From a virus: DNA of 64,000 nucleotides. Shown piece by piece: positions 63,861 through 64,000 of this stretch (position 1 is its first letter; every line of letters starts with the position of its first letter). The translations under genes and the position numbers were made by a program. The notes beneath the pieces were generated by a model. The model saw only the letters and a list, made by a program, of their open reading frames with translations. It was not told the DNA's origin and ran no database searches. Location of the stretch: the IMG/VR virus record IMGVR_UViG_3300032144_000007, positions 764 to 64,763 of that record; one strand, given 5' to 3'.

Positions 63861-64000
63861 TTCAAACCCTCACGTTTTCGGGATAGTAAACCTTGCCGCG
63901 ACGTTCATAGACCGCGCGGATTTGCGGATAATCCGCAAGGATGGAGTCGGCATTGTCGAAACGTTGCACCAATGCCTCACGCGTGATTCCGCCTTTGTTG

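Overview
This window is a nearly complete, GC-rich (spot counts about 60-62%) temperate siphovirus genome. GcrA-like, DUF3168-like and DUF6456-like genes point to an alphaproteobacterial (Rhizobiales-like) host. Order: 5'-truncated terminase large subunit; about 11.4 kb of accessory genes; protease-capsid fusion plus a second capsid paralog; portal; two collagen-like proteins; head-tail joining genes; a lambda-like tail; tyrosine integrase with an apparently intact attP; a long leftward early operon (Xis, Lar, TerB, YqaJ recombinase, AAA ATPase); a rightward replication/modification operon (Cro, GcrA-C, two DNA methyltransferases, RuvC, GH25 endolysin, RecD-like helicase, P-loop helicase); and a lower-GC leftward block of small genes at the right end. 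The stand-out element is a self-contained cassette at 4732-6802. It runs promoter, tandem array of four Y-RNA-like ncRNAs (one a textbook circularly permuted tRNA mimic, YrlA), Ro60/Rsr (TROVE), a small coupled ORF, terminator. Other notable items: a nested alternative-frame gene inside the C5 methyltransferase, a stand-alone CapW/BrxR-like winged helix, and a promoter/operator architecture shared between the Y RNA operon and a promoter 58 kb away. All family calls come from motif recognition by eye; no database search was run.
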